A stretch of DNA of 64,000 nucleotides from Minutocellus sp. GHC0000111 (taxonomy: Eukaryota). The stretch spans positions 248,001 through 312,000 of the forward strand of contig OZ361260.1 of assembly GCA_977018835.1 (NCBI GenBank), given 5' to 3'. Of this stretch, positions 59,391 to 64,000 are shown piece by piece. How positions within the stretch are numbered: position 1 is the first letter of the stretch; the number at the start of each line of letters is the position of its first letter. The translations under genes and the position numbers were made by a program. A model generated the notes under the pieces. That model searched no databases, was not told where the DNA came from, and saw only the letters and a list, made by a program, of their open reading frames with translations.

Positions 59391-62227
59391 TTATTTAGAA
59401 TGAGACAAATGCTTTCGAAGTCTAGCCGGCACCTCGGCATGTAGATGCATCGGTAGGTTGATCTTTCCGCCATGCTTGCCGTACTCAAGTGCTTGATTAT
59501 ACAAAGGCAATGGCATCGGGGTCGCGCATGTATAGATTTGAGGCATCGGCGGTCTTTTCAGCCAACTTATAAAGGCAGCCTGTGAGAGCCCCGAGATCTT
59601 GAATAGATGCAGAGTCAACCATTAGCTGCTGCGCCTCCTTCAACCAGTTATGGTTGGGCTTCTTGTCATTCTTCTTATTGCCATCTTCCTCCTCGACAAT
59701 TGAATTTTCAACGATCGGATCCGTCTTGACTTGTTGCAGAATAACTCTATCCCACAAAATAAAATACCTGTCACCGTCCAAATCACCACTGGCAATCTGC
59801 GCCGGTAGAGGTTCTATGCCCTTTTTTGGATTCGCAAAAATGATTGCGCCAAATGGCAATGAGTTGAGCCAATCCCAATCGAGCTGGGCCATTCCATCTG
59901 GCTTGCTTGTCACCATCGGTGTCATGCGCGCGTCAGAAGCCTTGGCACAAGGCGATCGTGTGACGAATATCTGCCCGGTTGGTGTCGACACGTTCGAAAA
60001 GCCTGTAACGAACACATATCCAGCTGGGAGAGCAGCAGTAGGGTCCGCCACTCCAACGACATATGCGTGAGCCAACCCATTCATTGTGAGGCTTTCCTTC
60101 AAGTACATCTCGAGACTAAGTGTTTGGGCGCCGAGTGCAAGCAGCAGTCGAGGGATCATGTCAACCTTGTCTTTCAGTCTCTTCATATTGAGAGGCTTTT
60201 GCTTGAGCATGTCGTTGAATGTTTTTTTTCGGAGGAGGCTTGAGTGTTGGATCAATCATGCGACCAATATATTGATTCAGAGGAGAAGGATTCTTCCCGG
60301 CTTGAGTAATAACAAGGCATGCCCGGTCGTCCGAAGTGTTGAAACGAGATGCTGCCACCTTCTTCATCGTTGGGGTCAGCTGGATCGGAGGTCCTTCAAC
60401 AATGCGCCTTCTCATTAGCATGCCTTTGAATAGCCCCATGGACGGTGCAAGGAACCTAATTTGAATTGCAAGAGTATCTCTGTATTTGCTCCCAGGAAGC
60501 AGCGACGAGAGGAATGCCTCATCGATGAATCCACAACCATCGTTACCATTGTCATCGATCTCACATGCTTCTTTAGCGTTGAGGAAGAAAATTCCCGGAC
60601 GACCTTTGGACAATTTCAATGCCGGTGATTGGAGCAATTCCAGGCGTGCCATTGCCTTGCGAGGAGAGAGAAAGGAGAAGTCGGCCAACTTGGACAGTTC
60701 TGTTTCGACATCGATTGGTTCGAGACGCGGCCCTTGAGTCTGACAATAAATGAGGTGAGCACACTGCTTCTTACAGTACTGCATGCTGGGGCCGTCATTG
60801 TCCTCGCGAATTTTCACAGACATGAGTTCATAAGCCCAGCCATCTTCAAGGACAGTACTGTCAAATGATTCCATACCTGCACCAGAATCGAGAGGAACCT
60901 CAACAATCTTGATCCTATCTCCAAGGAAATGGGAAAGGAAATTATTGTCATATCCTACACTATTCTTTGAGATGCGAATTTTCTGAATAATGCGGCTCCC
61001 AAACCTCGTTCCTCCTCCTGTACTGTCTGGGACCTTCCAATCCTCTCCAGACCCTCCAATGGCGGCCAATGGAGGGTTACCGCTCGACCGAGCTGATCTC
61101 CCGGTGCCTGCCGAATTACTTGGAGTGAGCGATTTTGACACTCTGTTGTCATATCCAAATACACTTGTCTTCCTAACGGTGACCTCTTGTCCGTCAATCG
61201 CAACCTTGAGCGACCTGGGAAGAGTCTCCATCAATATTGCTGCTTTGCCCTTATACTTGCCTGCTTTGATAATTAGCTGTGCTCCTTGGCCCAATGTTTT
61301 GGCAGATTGGCTTTCGCTCGAAGAGCTACTGGTACTGTTTTGAGGAGATGGAATAACGACGTCGGTATCGATCTGCTGCACATTATTTGTTGGCGTGATA
61401 ATACCAGTAGCGAGAGAAATCGAGGATATTCCAGTGTCGCAGCCTAGTGGTATTTCCACCTGCAAATCGTTGGGACAGCGGTCGGTACGGAAGATACTGC
61501 TGGGTTGATTGGCTTTCGGTGTGGACGTCAACAAAATTTTAACACTCTTCTTGGAGAGAGACTTAGCGCCGACGCCATCGATCAAAACCCGCAGCATCTT
61601 ATTATTGACTTTGATTATAGTTCCTTTCTTGCCACAATAATCACTATTTTCATTGATCACCGTGATGGTCTGGCCAACCTCGAAGGGAGTCGATGATTCG
61701 GATTCAGTGTTGTTTTTTGTCTTTGGGGACGTACTGATGGGCGGAGTAGAAGTAGATCTTTGGGTAGAAATAGCATGAGATGGCTGCTCCTCTCCAACAA
61801 CCTCAACATACACCTTAATAATTCTTGGATCTTTTTCAATACCTTCAATAGTCACGTATACCATCTTTTCTGTCATCCTACTGACGATTCCCACCCTGCC
61901 CTTGTACTTGCCATTGCTGGTGACACGGACAAAAGTGCCCTCACAAAGTGCATTCGCTTCGCCAGGGTCGTCAGCGAAATCAGACGCTGAGTCGGAAGAA
62001 ACCTCTGCTGGTGAAGCACCCACGTTGGTAGATATGGAATTGTTAGGTGAAGGAATCCAGCTTTCCTGACTCTGCTGCGATACAGCAACTTCCTCCACAA
62101 CCTCTTCTTCTTCTTCTTCTTCGATAACGACAAGGCTACTTTCGTCGTCATTGATCGTAAAGCTGGGTGTGTTGCTAACAGTTGAATCGAAGGAGGGCGA
62201 AGGTGGGGCACTGTATTCAGCACTCAT
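59391..62227 (-). CDS. RNAi-type RNA-dependent RNA polymerase with N-terminal KOW-like repeats; two frameshifts as assembled
   Basis: DGCGFI, AIQIRF...GLFKGML, VGVADPT, FVTRSPC, GAIIF and ASGDLDGDRYFILWD (DxDGD at 59770-59784). Frameshifts at the T8 run 60222-60229 and near 59500. Confidence 0.88.
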
Positions 62228-62766
62228 TTCCTAGTCGTTCGTTTTACTTTGTGTGTCGTTCTGCTTCGCACTGGCAACAGATCCAGTCGACGTGATTGTT
62301 GTCGTTGTATCTTCGACGAGGGATGCCACCGTCGCCGCCGCCGCCGTATTTGTAGCATCATTGTCGCTGAGGACGCTGACAGGAGAAATGACTGGCTCCA
62401 CTACCAGTTCGGTGTTCAGACCATCGGTAGCATTGCTGATGATTATACTGGTCGACTTTCGCTTTGGCACCTTGCTATTGTCTCCAAACTTACTCCTGCT
62501 TGCATTCTTTTTGGTTTTGGCTTTGGTTTTGCTGAGAAGTCGCAATTTGCCAGACGACGATGTCGAAGACAAGGATCGAGCGCCACTCTTGCGCCTTACC
62601 GGCAATTTGGCGAGGAGGGCTGATGGCAGCCGTGGTGCCGACGACGAAGAGGAGTGCCTCTTCGAGATACCGATCGATGGCATGGTTGCGAGGTGGCTTC
62701 GTTCGACGGGATGGGAAATGTGCCATTTTTGGCCGGCGGAGGGTTTACGGAGATGGGGGGGGTGAT

Positions 62767-62866
62767 AAAGAGAGGAGGTCCCCTCGTAAGAGTCAAAGTC
62801 GCAAGGTAAAGCTAGAGATCTATCTATGGACGTACGGCGGGAGGACTCTTCAGAATGGGGCGCGCC
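62767..62866 (-). promoter_or_regulatory. ~100-bp dispersed conserved element, copy 2, between divergent genes
   Basis: Reverse complement matches 34270-34369. Confidence 0.5.
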
Positions 62867-63015
62867 CATGCGTTTGAGCCCATACCAAGCAAAAAAAGCA
62901 AAGGAAGACAGGGAGACATAGAGGAAGAAGGTGAGAAGGTGATTGTATCAATCGCATCGCGGCCGGACAGCACCACACCATCGGCCCAACCAACAACCAG
63001 CGACCAGGCAGCAAA

Positions 63016-64000
63016 ATGGACCCAACATTCCGCACTCGAGGTCGCACCTTGGTCTCGCAGGTCACCGTCGGCTCCTTCGTTTCGGTGTACTGGCCTCTCG
63101 ACGACACGTATTATCAAGCTCGGGTCGTTGGAGCTTCCACCGCCACACCGTCAACTTCGTCTTCGTCAGAGGACAGCATATTCACTGTGGCATACACAGA
63201 TGGTTCGGTCGAGACGTTGAATCTGCGGCAAGAAAAGTTCCGTCTCTTGAGGGATGACACGGAATTCGTCAGAGAGCAGCAGGAGCGGGTATCGTCTCCG
63301 GATCGTACCCGCAAGGTTGCAGCAGCGTCTTCTACGTCCGCAACAATCGATGCCAAACACAACCAACCAACCCAACAGATTGGTTCTCGTTACGATGCCA
63401 ACGTTCCCAAGTTCAGCGCGTCGTCGTCGGAACTATCGGACGATGTGTATGTGCTCATACTCTCCTGCTTGACATCGTTGAAGGATTTATCTGCTCTCTC
63501 CCGAACGTGCCGTCGGACTTATTCCATATGGAGAAACGGCATGCACCGGGATCGTTTGCTTCATTCGCTGTTCCGAAGCCAATTCGGTTCCAATGCAAAT
63601 GCATGTACATTTGGTGGTGTTTTGGCCCCTGTTAATAATAATTGGCAGGGCATTTGGAGAACTATGGTCGATCTGAAACAGGCGCTGATGCTGCAGGAAT
63701 CACCATCCTTTGCCAATTTAGGATTTAACAAAAGGACCAAGGAGCAGATGTGTCAACTGCTTCGTACATTTACGGGTGCGGGAGACGGCAATGAGAGTGA
63801 CGGAAATGAGATCGAGGAAGATAAGAAACTTCCTGCGTCCACATCGGCTCGGACTGCCATTGGCATCAAGCGAAAGAGGAGCTTGGCAGACCGGCTCAAG
63901 CGCACTGTTGGAATATTATTAGACGTGGAAGAAGCGGAGGCAATATTTTATGACAATCCATCATTTGCGCCGGAATCAGAAGCTCGGTATTGCTTTGGCT
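63016..64000 (+). CDS. Tudor-domain + F-box protein, partial (runs off the right edge)
   Basis: Manual translation is open to the window end: VSVYWPLDDTYYQARV...FTVAYTDGSVETLNL (Tudor) and ELSDDVYVLILSCL..LKDLSALSRTCRR (F-box). Confidence 0.78.
   Translation, partial: MDPTFRTRGRTLVSQVTVGSFVSVYWPLDDTYYQARVVGASTATPSTSSSSEDSIFTVAYTDGSVETLNLRQEKFRLLRDDTEFVREQQERVSSPDRTRKVAAASSTSATIDAKHNQPTQQIGSRYDANVPKFSASSSELSDDVYVLILSCLTSLKDLSALSRTCRRTYSIWRNGMHRDRLLHSLFRSQFGSNANACTFGGVLAPVNNNWQGIWRTMVDLKQALMLQESPSFANLGFNKRTKEQMCQLLRTFTGAGDGNESDGNEIEEDKKLPASTSARTAIGIKRKRSLADRLKRTVGILLDVEEAEAIFYDNPSFAPESEARYCFG

Overview
Gene-dense eukaryotic nuclear DNA, most likely from a diatom. Evidence: short GT-AG introns, diatom-type cyclins and LRR protein, a bipartite plastid-targeting signal on IspD, and a captured plastid-type secA fragment. 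About 37 protein-coding loci are recognisable, and PMM, NDUFS8, IspD, folC/FPGS, PP2A B'', ICMT, DHHC, SNRNP27 and COX4 look intact. About 11 loci carry lesions, several of which are not simple homopolymer errors. (1) A head-to-head TTAGGG/CCCTAA telomeric palindrome flanked by a 14-bp duplication sits where two convergent genes are both cut off. (2) A plastid secA fragment is inserted into a Rab gene. (3) An 880-bp non-coding insert with a 6-bp duplication interrupts a peptidase-S51-like gene. (4) An H+-PPase has its middle replaced by filler DNA. Together these suggest a decaying haplotype or duplicate segment with many break-repair scars, although assembly error may explain part of it. Other notable items are an RNAi-type RdRP fused to three KOW-like motifs and divergent from a Tudor/F-box gene, a ~100-bp element conserved in two bidirectional promoters, a highly structured 237-bp retroposon, and two TA-flanked TIR elements. 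All family assignments come from motif recognition by eye, with no database searches run.
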